From assembly GCF_033153115.1 (NCBI RefSeq), contig NW_026889794.1, forward strand, positions 3,472,001-3,536,000: DNA of 64,000 nucleotides. The letters run 5' to 3'. This document shows, piece by piece, positions 14,601 through 26,200 of the stretch. Numbering within the stretch: position 1 is the stretch's first letter; each line of letters begins with the position of its first letter. A program made the translations under genes and the position numbers. This DNA comes from Saccostrea echinata. Taxonomy: Eukaryota. The notes below the pieces were generated by a model. It was given only the letters and a program-made list of their open reading frames with translations. It was not told where the DNA came from and did not search any database.

Positions 14601-16403
14601 TATACATGCATGCATTATTTAAAATTTTATCCAGGTGAGAGGATACTTAAAAATGTTTTCTTTTATAGTCAAATGTAAAACTTTCCCCATTGTGGCTCCA
14701 CCATATCCCCGGGCTATGATTTCAATAATTTGGAATCAACATTATAATTAATTAATAGAAAGTTTTTACATAAGCTTCAACTTTTCAGATTTTAAAAACT
14801 TTTCCCTATTTATTCCATTATATAAATCTTTGGCCCCCTATTGTGGTTCCACCCTTGTGGAGGGGGGGGGGGGGGCAAGATTTAAATAATTTTAGAATCT
14901 ACATAATGTAAGGCAATTTTCACACAACTTTCATCTTTTCTGTAAAACTTTGATCCCAGATTGTGGCCCTATCCTACCCATGGAGGCAATGATTTGAACA
15001 ATCTTGGATCTACACTACCTCAGGATGCTTTCATGTAAGTTTTATTTTTTCTGGTCCAGTGGTTCATGAAAAGATTTTTTAAAGATTTTTTTCTCTTATA
15101 TATTCCCCTGTAAAACATTGATCTCCTATTCTTGCCCAACCTACTCCCAAGGGCCATGATGTGAACAATTTAAATTCTACACTACCCCAGGAACCTTTCA
15201 CATATTACATATATTCACATATTAGGTTTTATCTTTTCTGGCCCAGTGGTTCTTGAGTAGAGGATTTTTTAATGACTCCACCCTATTTTTTGGACAGACA
15301 GGTAATTGGACGGATGCTGGACAATGGGTTATCAGAAAAGCTCACTTGAGCTTTCAGCTCTGTTTAGTCATAATTACAGCATGTCATCTTCAAAACTTTT
15401 AAAACTTTAACACTACACTCACCCAAAACAGCTGCAGTCTGAGAATTGAGCTGGTTCAGGCCAATGCCAGTACTAACTTCTAGCAGTGGTGCCCGTTTTT
15501 GTTGAAAAGCATGTAATGTTGTGTGGTTTCCAAGACCTAGCTCCTAATGCCAGATTAAAAGTTCTCAATAATAAACAGGTTAATAAATCTTTGCAATACA
15601 TCATCAGCAGGGGCTGAAATATACAGTAGCCCGACGCCCGGGGCTAGTCATTTTAAGACTCAGGCTACCTAATTCAAATTTAATGATAGTCTGTTGGACT
15701 AGTAGAATGGAAAAAAAAATTCTCTTCAGTTTACTTTAAATTCACTTTTCTATGTTGACCGATTTCTTTTGAATGAGAACTACATGGTGGTTTAATTTGT
15801 TTCTGTCGATCACCATAGGGTTTGAAACTATAACTTATGTTTTCATTTTGCATAACAAATTATTGGGCTAGTTAGCTTGAGGTTTGGACTAGACACTACT
15901 TCTTTTACTCTGATCAGTAGCCCATGGGCTAGTGGGTTTTCCAAGAAAATTTCAACCCCTGATCAGATAAACATGTAGTGTGTCTAACGTAGAGTTACTG
16001 TATCAATTGAAACCAGATTTATAAATAATATTAGCCCCCAACCTCACCCCTTACCAATAATGTTTTGGAGGGAGACTGAGATGAGTGTAATGTGGGACCT
16101 CTGACACCATATAAATTAACATGGGTTTCTAGTTTAAGTAAGAAAAAAAATTGTATGAGCAATTATAAAGAATGCAAACCCTTCGTAATTTCTTCAGACT
16201 GACACCCTGAGTGTATGACTTACACTAACAGATTGACCATCCTGCAGTAGTTTTCCTGCCAAAATCAGGCGAAGGTCAGCTTTAGGAATCCCTGTCTTGT
16301 TACTTATACAACTTTTTATTTCTCTGACTGACGACTCTCTGCTTACTTCTAATGGACACGATGACGACGAGTTAAATTTTATATTTACTAATATTTTTTC
16401 CAT
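64..16403 (-). CDS. PRKN: Parkin RBR E3 ubiquitin ligase (Ubl-RING0-RING1-IBR-REP-RING2), 11 coding exons, ~418 aa
   Basis: GT-AG exons in consistent phase: 16224-16403 (Ubl [19 protein letters not shown]), 15423-15543, 14055-14164 ([18 protein letters not shown]), 5693-5773, 5252-5376 (FYFKC..CITCTD), 4506-4642 ([15 protein letters not shown]), 4244-4305 ([13 protein letters not shown]), 3880-4014 ([13 protein letters not shown]), 3530-3613 ([10 protein letters not shown]), 2048-2165 (KPCPQC), 64-167 ([18 protein letters not shown]). Total 1257 nt. Confidence 0.95.
525..2040. repeat. 30-bp minisatellite (CTTTGCTTTACACTGAGGACAACTCTCCAT / ...CTGATTGT) with higher-order blocks, in the last parkin intron
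   Basis: Dozens of units. A spacer 'aaacctacctcatcttttct...cactagactgtttttg' recurs near 891, 1341, 1545 and 1958. The unit core is identical to the end of parkin exon 10. Confidence 0.95.
2371..3155. mobile_element. Foldback MITE, Kolobok-like (TTAA target)
   Basis: TTAA|AGGTGCTTGGACACAGATTTGAA ... TTCAAATCTGTGTCTAAGCACCT|CTAA. The whole element is an imperfect inverted repeat centred near 2762. Confidence 0.8.
6188..6338. repeat. Imperfect palindrome (hairpin-type repeat)
   Basis: ataaatactgcaggaagttgatggtatca... pairs with ...tgttaccctcaactacatgcaatatttat around the core tgtcaactgaggctgcacctcgattgaca. Confidence 0.6.
6754..12931 (+). CDS. Kolobok DDE transposase fused to a C-terminal DEDDh (DnaQ/PML-like) exonuclease, 9 exons, ~883 aa
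   Basis: Exons 6754-6983, 7388-7632 (CxxC..CxxxxC), 7765-7945, 8312-8397 ([11 protein letters not shown]), 9529-9666 (CKIC..HDC..NWEG), 10450-11099 (SKAME, VADEDT, SDKNH, STQANE), 11240-11379, 11745-11926 (VFDLETTGL), 12132-12931 ([16 protein letters not shown]). Phases are consistent, total 2652 nt, no stop seen. The first exon is the least certain. Confidence 0.85.
8414..8915 (+). mobile_element. Non-autonomous Helentron-associated element (HINE/pearl-like) in a transposase intron
   Basis: tttttatacccccc...gagggtata subterminal IR, GTCY microsatellite, two ~180-bp tandem units (~8511 and ~8691), 3' hairpin gtgagctcattgctcac. Confidence 0.7.
9022..9188. repeat. Near-perfect ~80-bp-arm palindrome
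   Basis: aaggaatgtttttaagtt...catgaagcg tgctag cgcttcatg...aacttaaaaacattcctt. Confidence 0.85.
11571..11648. repeat. (TA)n microsatellite
   Basis: Direct reading. Confidence 0.98.
14408..15368 (-). mobile_element. HINE/pearl-like element with degenerate internal tandem repeats
   Basis: Starts aacaagagg, carries ~160-170-bp repeated units (ttgtggccc..., tctacactacc...), and ends ggacagacag...aaaagctcacttgagctttcagctc. Confidence 0.6.
15608..15961. mobile_element. MITE with CAGGGG TIRs (hAT-like)
   Basis: CAGGGGCTGAAAT ... ATTTCAACCCCTG, with internal repeated gggctag(t) motifs. TSD not clean. Confidence 0.55.
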
Positions 16404-16861
16404 CTAGAGAATTGGTTTGCTTTATCTCCTTTCATTTTACACAACGTCAATTTTTGTGACAATGCATGACTGATGACTAGAGTCTTTTTATATTATTGTC
16501 TCTTATATATTAAGAAGTCTTCCAACTCCCAAAAAAAAGATGTAAATCAGACAAAATCGATTTGTTACATTGTTGATGAAACTCGTCAAGCTTGAAGCGA
16601 AGGACAGCGATTTTGTCGCTATCCCACTTTCAGTTTGACAAAAATAGTGAATATTACTACGCAGTGGTATGCTATTTAATGAAAGACTGAATATTTCTTC
16701 GGTTCATATTTTGTTTAGTTTGGTGTTATATTACTTTAAATATTTATTTTAATGTGAAACAATAATAAGTTTTCTCATTTTGTTTCAAATAGGACGCACT
16801 ATATACTTATGCGTAAGAAGCTTATTTTTGAGTTCCAAGGTCATAAAGCAAAACATGTGAA
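16404..16861. promoter_or_regulatory. Putative bidirectional promoter between parkin and ISCU
   Basis: Divergent start codons 458 bp apart. TSSs cannot be seen directly. Confidence 0.6.
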
Positions 16862-19800
16862 ATGGCGTTATTTCGTGCAACAACAAGGCTTTTGAAGCCT
16901 TCTTTCGAAGCAAATATAGCATCGACTGTTTCATTTTATCACAAGAATGTAAGTATTGTTAAATTTTAAACCTGATTTATATTACATGTCATTTATTTCG
17001 ATGTACAACATTGTTGATATCCGAATTTCCTCAGATAAGATTTTATTTTTTATTTAGGTGATCGACCATTACGAAAATCCTAGGAATGTTGGTTCCATGG
17101 ACAAGAAGGACAAAAATGTCGGTACTGGTCTTGTAGGGGCTCCCGCATGTGGTGACGTCATGAAGCTTCAAGTAAGGGGAAAAAATGAATGTTACGTAAC
17201 TATAGTTTACTCCAATGGTCGACCTTTACGTTGTACGTTTGTAATGTTATTGGCGAAAAAATTTGGTTGTTATGTTATGTTTCCTATAAATAATGTGTCT
17301 TGTAATACTGAGCCTTAACACAATAATTTAATTTCTTGATGTACATGTGTCGGGTCCAACACAATCTCTTGATTTAGCTGTATACATGTAGCTTGAAATA
17401 GCTATGATAGCTTTATTAAGCTATTCATAATAGCTTGATAAAGCTATTATATGCAGTTTTTTTCAGAAAAATGTTTTTTGTAAGAAATAGAAAAAAGTTG
17501 CAAGCATTTAACTATTCATATATGTACTATGGCCTAGCTACATGTATCAAAACAATGACCAAAATCAAAGATAGTTCTAAGATTGCAGCATTTTAAGCAA
17601 AAGATGAATTTTCATTGTTTGAGTAACCAGTCTAGACGAACTCCAAAAACAGCGTTTCCGGAAGTAAGAAATTGAGACTGAAAAAGACTCCGAAAATAGA
17701 GTCCGCGCATGCGCGCACACACAAAAAATGGCGATTTTTCGGCAAAAATGATGGGTCTACAAAAACTGTCCGTGCAAAGTTTTGGAAAGTATGGCAATTA
17801 TACCAGTACTCAGAAATGCTAAATAAAAGACTTTGGAAGAGATCGTATTTGTCAAATTTTTGATTTTATTTGCAAAAAAGGAGATATTTACTTTCAAAGT
17901 TAACGTTTCATGTCAGATCAATTACAGAGAAAATGATACGTTTTGAGGAGTAAATATGCATAATAATAGGGATATATATGCAAAATGGGACAATATATAT
18001 TGTAACTGTTAAAAACCTGACTGAATTTTGCACATAAATTAGCATTCCGGTTTGTAATTTGTGTACGACATCTGAATTGAACGCTTAAGTTTTTACCATC
18101 GTTATTTACCAATTTTTTTTATCACATACGAACAGATATTATTATGAAAACATTTTTAAACCTATTATCTGTTAATATGAAGACTTTAAAAACCACTCTT
18201 CTAGATATTAAGGGCACAACATGTCTTCTAAAAATGAACTTGTTAATATCTCTGCTCCGTGGTGAAAAATGCGCATTTTCTGATTAAAATAAATACAAGT
18301 TGGGTGTCTTCAAAAACAAATAAAAGCACCCTTATTGTAGGATCGACATAAAATTTAAATCAAGGACACAATAAATTAAATAAGAAAATATTTCTTACCG
18401 GCAATATTGAATTCGATGTCGTATATCCAATTCACTATTATGCAAGAGTTTGAAGCGATAAATAAGTCAATATTCACAAAATAATTTAATAAATGCGATT
18501 ATCCATTCAACAAAAAATAAAATGAAGTAATAATGCACTAAATACACCATTATGCAGCCGTATATTTGGAGAAAGCGAACGACAATCCATCGTTTGTTTA
18601 CATCGGACGCCATTTTGTCGCAATGCATGATGGAGCCAAAGACTTCATTTTCGGAGTTCACGCTGTTTTTGGAGTTCGTCTAGACTGGTAACTGTACTAC
18701 CTTGTGTGTGTTGCGGCATGGATAAGTATTTCTCATTGTACTGAATTTATTTCCAATCAATTTTTTTTTTACCATAATTGGCCTCCTTTATAATTTCCCT
18801 GAAGAAGTAACTGTATCAATTGCTTTATATAGCCCCAAAACTTTTAGAGCTTTGAGTACAAAGTATCTGAAGGAAATGCAATTTGATGAGTGATTTTTAC
18901 ATGCATTATTTTCAGAAGAGTTCAAGGTTGAATATTATCACTGCACCTTACACTGCACTAAGGTGCAACTTTTTGTACATGCTGAGAACACATTTAAGGA
19001 GGCTGGGGGTCAACAAATTAACCACAAATTAACCACCAGATTTAACTTAATATTTTAGATATGTTATCTTAAGCTGTCAACTATCATTTGGCAAAGAAAA
19101 ATTTCAAAAATTTTAGTTTTAAAATTTGATCATTTTCTATATCTTCATATGGAGCTCTTATTCTAAAGGAGATCAATATAGTCTAAAAATGGCCACAACC
19201 CCCCAGCCTCTTTAAGAAAAAAGTGTGATAAAATAGCTAAATTAAGCTATTCTGAATAGCTTAATAAAGCTATATAGCTAAACCAAGAGATTGTGCCGGA
19301 CCTGATGTGTATTTCATAATAAGTACCACTTCCATGAATTCATATGATGATTTTAAGATTGTCTAAAATTATAGATTAAAGTGGATGAAAATGGTAAAAT
19401 CATTGATGCCAAATTCAAAACTTTTGGATGTGGGTCAGCAATTGCCTCCAGCTCATTGGCCACAGAATGGATCAAAGGAAAAAAGGTATGATTTTCCTCC
19501 TTTTGTTTACAGGTAAGGGAGAAAATGGATAATGCATGCGGGGCCTGGAGGTAAACCCTCTTTGACTTGAGCATTAGATACAAAAATATAATCTGTTCTC
19601 AGCATAAACAAAATTGTTATTGAAAATTCATGGTATGTACAACATGTACATGTACCTGGGACAGACCATCTGTCGGTAATCTAGAAAAGAAATATTTACC
19701 AAAAGTTCATCAAATCCTCTTTACAAAGCACTGTTTAGCTATGTCTGTAAACACTTGTTATAATTTCAATTGTAATATGAAAAGTTATCATTTTACATTT

Positions 19801-21952
19801 GAGACATGTTATAATTACAATTAGGAATTAAATAGTTTGAATATCCACTGTGACAGTGTTTAATTTCAACATTTATCATGATTAGAGGAAGTAGGATTTT
19901 GTAATAGGAAAGGAGACAACGTGACAGACCAGACCTGGATTTGGATCCTGGTTTGGTCCATCGCATTTTCTCCTTTCCTGTCACATTTGGTGCCATGTCA
20001 TGCCCTGGAAGTCACAGGAGAAAGACCTGCCAGGGAGGAGTCTGGGTTGGTGTCTTTGGGGAAGAAATGTGGTGATCAGACCAGGGTTGGCAAAAAACTG
20101 GGAAATACTCATATTTCCCAGGACAGTGGGAAATACTGGTAATTACCGGTAATTACTCGTATTTCCGAGGAATTACAGGGAAATAAGAAATAGCTACATA
20201 CTTCATTCATATTGACATGTAGTACACCTTATTTGCTAAGATATCTACCTAGTACCACTGTCCTGATTAAAAAAATATGGTTTCCAGGTAATTCATTTTA
20301 TATAATTATAACAGTATATTCATATACCAATCATGAGTGTCATTTGTTTCATGCTTGAGTCAGATGTATAGTCTAGTATAAAGGACCATGAAATGAACCA
20401 AAAGATCCCAACTGGGGTTTTTATGTAACTAAAAAAGAATCTAAGAAAATTCTTAAATGTAGAGTATGGTATAAATATCCTTTCAGTTCTACTCAGGTAG
20501 TTATCTCTCAAAACAGGAGCTCAAAACTATCCATAGCAATTTGTTAAAACAACATAATTGTTTGTAATAACTACAGTGTTTATAGAGGGATTGAAACAAG
20601 TTTTTTTTCTGTCTTGGATTTATAATAAATAAACTTAATATTTTTACAAAACTGTAAAGAAACTTGAATTGGAAAACTTCAGTTTTATACAGCCAGGGAA
20701 ATGTTTCAGAATGCTTATGGGTATGGGATCTGGAGTGATACATTATGAATATGTTAAATTGCAATTTGAGACATCTTCCATATTATTCATCTTCTGTTTT
20801 TATTTTTTATTTATACATAATTTTATTCACAAAATGCCTTGATTATGATTATTTTATTTTTGAATTTTGTATAAGATTGAATGAATTTAACACGTTCAAG
20901 AAATTTAAAAAAAACTTTAACTTTGTATTTCCCAGTATTTTCCAATATTTCCCAGTTTAGAGAAAATTTGTAGTATTTCCCGGGATGGGAAATACGGGTA
21001 TTTACCACTGGTAATTCCCACCACTGGTATTTCCCGGCCAACCCTGGATCAGACAGATTTGATCACCGGTGGCCATATAGCTCACTTGGTAGACCACCTG
21101 ACTAGTGACTCAGGGTCCCAAGTTTGAATGCTGGTCTTGTCGGTCACATTTTCTCCTTTCACACAAAAGTCATTATCCATGTCTCTCTGTGAGGACAAGT
21201 TTGCAGATCAAATAATACTTTAATCATATGTCAAACATCTCTCTAAATTATGGGTTGGGAAATATTGAAAAATTTGTAAATTAAACATAAACATGTGTGT
21301 ATGATATGAATATGATATTAACATGTAAGGTTTTAAGATTGTTACATTGTCCTGGAATATTTTTTTTTCACAGTTGGATGATGCAGTCAAGATCAAAAAC
21401 ACTGACATTGCTAAAGAGCTGTGCTTACCACCTGTGAAACTCCACTGTTCTAGTAGGTTTTGACTGAAATTCATTATTTTAATTAAATGTGCATTCAGTC
21501 TATTCTTCATTTTAATTTGTAACTTTAGAATTTGGTTGCATAATACAAAACTACTTTTGTCATAAAAAAGGAAGAATTTCTAAATTAAAATGTATTTCAT
21601 TTCCTGCTTCATGCAAAAGAAAATATAGAATGAGCATTTTGTCAAAATCAGCATAATTAAAGATTAAGATTTTTTTTTAAAAAATATGTAAATTTCATTT
21701 TTTTTTTTTTGTGTCTAACACAGCCCACATTTTTGCTAAATCTAAATATCTAACACAGAATTTGTTTGCAAGTTTATTTTCAAGTATGGTATTGAACATG
21801 CTGAACTGAAAATTGTATCTTTGTGTAGGAAGAGTAATGTTTCTTGTACAGTGAAGTTATTTTTTGTTTTAGTGTTGGCAGAGGATGCCATCAAAGCAGC
21901 TTTAAATGATTACAAGCTGAAAAATCAAGAGAAAGCAACTGCATCTGCCTAG
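16862..21952 (+). CDS. ISCU: Mitochondrial iron-sulfur cluster scaffold IscU, 5 exons, 156 aa
   Basis: Exons 16862-16948 (presequence [16 protein letters not shown]), 17058-17171 ([24 protein letters not shown]), 19375-19485 ([14 protein letters not shown]), 21374-21452 (LPPVKLHCS), 21873-21952 ([11 protein letters not shown]). Confidence 0.97.
17627..18688. mobile_element. MITE with ~29-bp TIRs and a TAA TSD (Harbinger-like target)
   Basis: TAA|CCAGTCTAGACGAACTCCAAAAACAGCGT ... ACGCTGTTTTTGGAGTTCGTCTAGACTGG|TAA. Confidence 0.85.
18998..19211. mobile_element. Short Kolobok-type MITE
   Basis: TTAA|GGAGGCTGGGGGT ... ACCCCCCAGCCTCT|TTAA. Confidence 0.7.
19943..21165 (+). mobile_element. Miniature LTR retrotransposon (TRIM) with a tRNA-like sequence inside its LTR (Helenus-like), interrupted by a hAT MITE
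   Basis: Truncated 5' LTR ending ...tcctgtcACA (19985), PBS-like TGGTGCC (19988), purine tract ggggaagaaa, then a 3' LTR from TGT (20068) to ..ctttcacACA (~21165) containing tRNA-like ggccatatagctcacttggtaga..cctgactAGTgactcagg..gtttgaat (21071-21141). Confidence 0.6.
20082..21046. mobile_element. hAT-family MITE
   Basis: TIR CAGGGTTGGC / GCCAACCCTG with a perfect 8-bp TSD GATCAGAC (20074-20081 and 21047-21054). Subterminal gggaaatac repeats. Confidence 0.9.
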
Positions 21953-22633
21953 TCACCAAGGTGATGACTACAAGAAAAGACTAAGAAAAGTTAGGAAAGA
22001 TAATATGGAATGCTGGCATTTATTATTGTTGTTGATGTAACACTTTTCCACTTGTTTGATATTATATGAATGCTGTTCCAGTTAATACTTGTATATGTAC
22101 ATTTAATATGTGAGAAATATATTGCCTCTAAATTTTGGATCCTTTGAATTATGTTTTGGTTAAATGACTTTAAGGGCAGATGGAATTTTTTACCAATATA
22201 TTGCTAAATATAATAAGCTTATAATAAATATTACCGGTAAGTAATTTTACTAATTTATAATCAAAAAGGAATTTTTTTCAATCAGTAAAAGCAAACTTGG
22301 AGTATTACATGCATTTTGTAAATAAATTGTTGATTTTAATATGGTTGTTTGTCAGTATATATTTTCAGACATTATTTATTAAGCATTAAAATTTATTGCA
22401 TGAAGACAAAATTAGTGCATACAAATATTTAAGTACACTTTCATCTTTAATCGGATGAAACTTAGACAATGTAGCCCTTATTATGTCCATATTTCTTGAC
22501 TTAATTTGCCCTTGAAATAAGTGCCTGTTATGTCATGCCCATTTTTCTTAGCTCTTAATTTGGAAATGTCATAGATTGTGGAACACTGAAGCTCTATATA
22601 TTATATACTTTTAAGCATTTTTGGCTAGAGGGA

Positions 22634-22807
22634 CAGTAAAACTCGTTTAGTACGAACACGTATATTGCAAATTCACGGATATAACGAAGTTTTCTTGGAT
22701 ACCCAGCTATATAAATTTTACGAATTCCTTATACGGATATAACAAATTAGGGGTATAGCATGGTAATTTCACAGGTCCCAGTGACTGTTATAACCGAGTA
22801 TTACTGT
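22634..22807. mobile_element. Tc1/mariner-like MITE
   Basis: cagtaaaactcgtttag ... gttataaccgagtattactg|ta. Confidence 0.5.
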
Positions 22808-22939
22808 ACTGCAATTTTTTATAAAGTGCCCCAACATGTACATACAAATTTCTACAAGTGATAAGAAGTAACCCTGTGTGGAGTATGAACTTCCAGAGTA
22901 ACACCCCCCCCCCCCCCCCAAGTGCCTAGAACTTCCCAA

Positions 22940-23980
22940 AATGACCTTGTACCAAGATTGTGACACCCTCAGCTCATGGGTAACATTTGCTTGCAATTAT
23001 TATTGTAATTCCAATATTTATCAAGTTAAGAATTATGAACTAGACAAAGATTTTGTAATTATTTTGTCAGTGACCTTGAACTTAAAGGATTGAACTATGG
23101 TCAAGATCATGACACATTTTCAAGTAATATTTGTGTTAAGTAAGAACTTTCAGTATTTCTTCACAAAAAAGTTGCAGACCCAATATGAATTTTACACTTT
23201 TTGTGCCAGTGATCCTGAACTTGCAAAAATGATCCGAATGAGTCAAGATCATAACACTCCCTTAGATTGTAAGAAATTGTTGTGTCAAGTATCATCTTCC
23301 ATTTTTCTCCATTACAGAGTTATTACCAGACTCAAATTACATGTATACATTTTTCTGTCAGTGATCTTGGACGTGCTCAAATTACTTTTGGTCAATGTCA
23401 TGACACACCAACAGGTAATAAGCAATCTTTGTAATAAGTATTAGCTTCCAGTGTTTCTTCATTACACAATATGGTCAGGACAGGAATTATACATTACTAT
23501 ATAAGTGACTTTGAACCTGACCAGATGACCATTGGTTAAGGTTATGGCACACCTTCAGATGATAAAAATCTTTGTGCGAGGGATGAACTTTCAATGTTTC
23601 TCCATTAGAAGGTTATGAACCTGTCAAAAATTTTGACTCTCTGCTAGTGACCTTGAACTTGCTCAAATGACCTTTGGACAATGTCATGACACACCCACAG
23701 ATCATTTGATATCAATCTTTGCACTAAATATGGGCTTCCAATGTTTCTCTAATACACAATATGGTCAGGACACGAAATTGACCTTTTTTTCTTCCAGTGA
23801 CCTTGAACTTCCAGGAATGACCTAGGGTCAAAGTCATGACATACCGTCAGGTCATAAACAATCTTTGTCTCAATTGTGAGCTTCCAATATATCTCAATTA
23901 CAAAGTTATGACCCGGACACAATTGCATGGACAGACAGACAAGGTCATTCCTGTAACCTCGGTTGTAGGGGGTATAAAAT
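22940..23980 (-). mobile_element. HINE-like element with a degenerate satellite array
   Basis: Repeated cagtgaccttgaact..ggtcaa..catgacacac units, ending ggacagacagacaagg..gggggtataaaa. Confidence 0.6.
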
Positions 23981-24079
23981 TATATAGCTCTGTTGCCCCT
24001 CCCCCCCCCCCATCCCCCCGGAAAAAAAAACTGAGCTTCTGTTCAAATCAATTTGTTTTAATATCAATTCTGTGATTCG

Positions 24080-24707
24080 GTATCAAACTCCAAGGTCAAA
24101 GGATCAAAATAAATGGTACGCAAAGGGAAGATCTTGTCTTAGTCAAAAGAAATACACATGCAAAATATAAAAGCCCTAGCACCAACCGTTCAAAAGTTAA
24201 GACAAAGGTTAAAGTTTTCAAAATTAGGTCAAACTTCAAGGTCAAAATTGTTGATATCCAAAGAAAGGTCTTGTCACAAGGAATATACCTGTGAAATTTG
24301 AAAGCCCTAGTTTTAACTGTTCAAAAGTTATGGCCAAGGTTATTTTTTTTTAAAGTGGGTCAAACTCTAAGGTCAAGGTCAAAAATATTTAAACCCATGG
24401 AAAGGTTTTGTCACGATAAATACATATGTGAAATTTGAAAGCTCTAGCACCAACTGTTCAAAAGTTATGGCCAAGGTTAAAGTTTGGTAAATTTTTGCAA
24501 AGGTGGGTCAAACTCAAAGGTCAAGAGATCAAATATGTTGGTACCCAAAGGAAGGTCCTGTCACATGGAATACACATGTGAAATATGAAAGTCATAGCTC
24601 CAACCAATCAAAAGTTATAGGCAATGTTAAAGTTTTTGCGGACAAACAGACAAACGGACTGGGCAAAAACTATATGCTCCCGAATCTTCGATGACAGGGC
24701 CATAAAA
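24080..24707 (-). mobile_element. HINE-like element with ~130-150-bp tandem units
   Basis: Repeated ggtcaaact..aaggtcaa..aaagttatggccaaggtt units, ending ggacaaacagacaaacggac..gggccataaaaa. Confidence 0.6.
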
Positions 24708-24945
24708 ATTACAAAAATTATTTGTAAAAAGGTGACTGAAACTACATATAGGCCTAAATTGTGTTTAATACCTCCTCCCATCCGGTTGGATGGGAGGAGG
24801 TATTTCTGGTACATGTAATGAAAAACACTAACTGTAACCATCTTTAATTTGATTTTAATTGCAAACGATTTACTTCATGTACCCCACCCCTTTTAAATTT
24901 CGCTTCCATTGCATATTTATCGAAGAGCTTCTGCTGATTATCTAT

Positions 24946-25062
24946 CACACTGACAGGCATTTGTTTCTATAATAAAAAGTTACCCCTTAGTATAATGGTA
25001 ACACTATTATTATTATACTATAAGGTAAATTTTTATTACAGAAACAATTGTCTGTCAATGTG
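24946..25062. repeat. Imperfect palindrome
   Basis: cacactgacaggcatttgtttctataataaaaa.. / ..tttttattacagaaacaattgtctgtcaatgtg. Confidence 0.7.
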
Positions 25063-26200
25063 TTATCCATGTGTACAACTATTCTGAGTTTTGATACCGA
25101 GTTTTACACGAACTACATAACACTGACTTAATTATGAGTTTAAGTAAAATTGGAAATATAAAACTTTTATTCCCAAACTGAGAGTGGAAAACTCTAATAT
25201 CGACAAAGTAAGTGAACATTCAACTTCAAGGATTAAAATGATTCAAAGGAAGGGCCGGGTAGTATCTGTGGTATTGAGTAAAATATTAATACTAATTGAT
25301 GACAAATGTTTTGGACACCTCCATTAGAAGTGATATACGATATATATATTTCACTACAAAAGACAGTGGCAAGGTGCCATAAAAATATTACATGTATTAT
25401 TAGGAACTTATTGAATATGGATTTTCCATATCCTAATTATACTTACATCTTTTAATGGATATTTTATTTTCATTTTCAATTATCATAGGTAATTTTCTAT
25501 TATCATAGGTATATTGCAAACGAAATGATTTATCCATTAGTATATATATACATGTACATATATGTCTATTCATGTGCATGCACGCATGTTAGAGATTTGC
25601 ATAGTGCGACTTTGACCAGAGACTTGAAATATTTTTGGCATCAAGAAATAAACTTGTATAATCATAATTCAGTCATCCTTTACCTACAGACACAATCATG
25701 CAATTTAATTGCAGAATACACTGTCAGTTTAAAGTTTTGACAACATCAGAGTACATAATAAACGTCCAAGAGGCCAAACATTTATTTAAGTTTTAATGTT
25801 TCAGGGTTTGCACAAGACTGGGTACTCAACCAACCCATATTTAATAATAATGATCAGAACACACAATTATAAATAAATGATAATCTGAACTGAATTATTT
25901 TAGCAATTTTATTATAAAGAAGAACACAATGAAAACAAACAAAATATAAAATATTGCACCAGGATACAACATATTTCCCTCTAAAGCAGGTCATGTGACT
26001 CGTTTTAACCATCACATGATCGACTTTTGGCACTTTCATGTAATGGATTTACCCATAAAATTAAAATAATGAGATCAATGACAAAAATATGACAGGTAAA
26101 TGGATTTCACAAGTCCTTAACGGACGGAATGTCGCTATTCGTCCATATCACATTACAGTCTGTTGCGATGGCGAACTTTTTTTTTCAATTGAGAAAGAAA

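Larger units (their letters stand above)
17350..19304. mobile_element. Outer non-autonomous TIR element in ISCU intron 2, host to two nested MITEs
   Basis: cgggtccaacacaatctcttgatttagct... is the inverse of ...agctaaaccaagagattgtgccggacctg. Both ends have subterminal tagct(a/t) repeats. Confidence 0.65.

Noticed and set aside
21071-21141. Functional tRNA gene
   Set aside because: The T-arm and acceptor stem are degenerate, and it is embedded in an LTR-like repeat.
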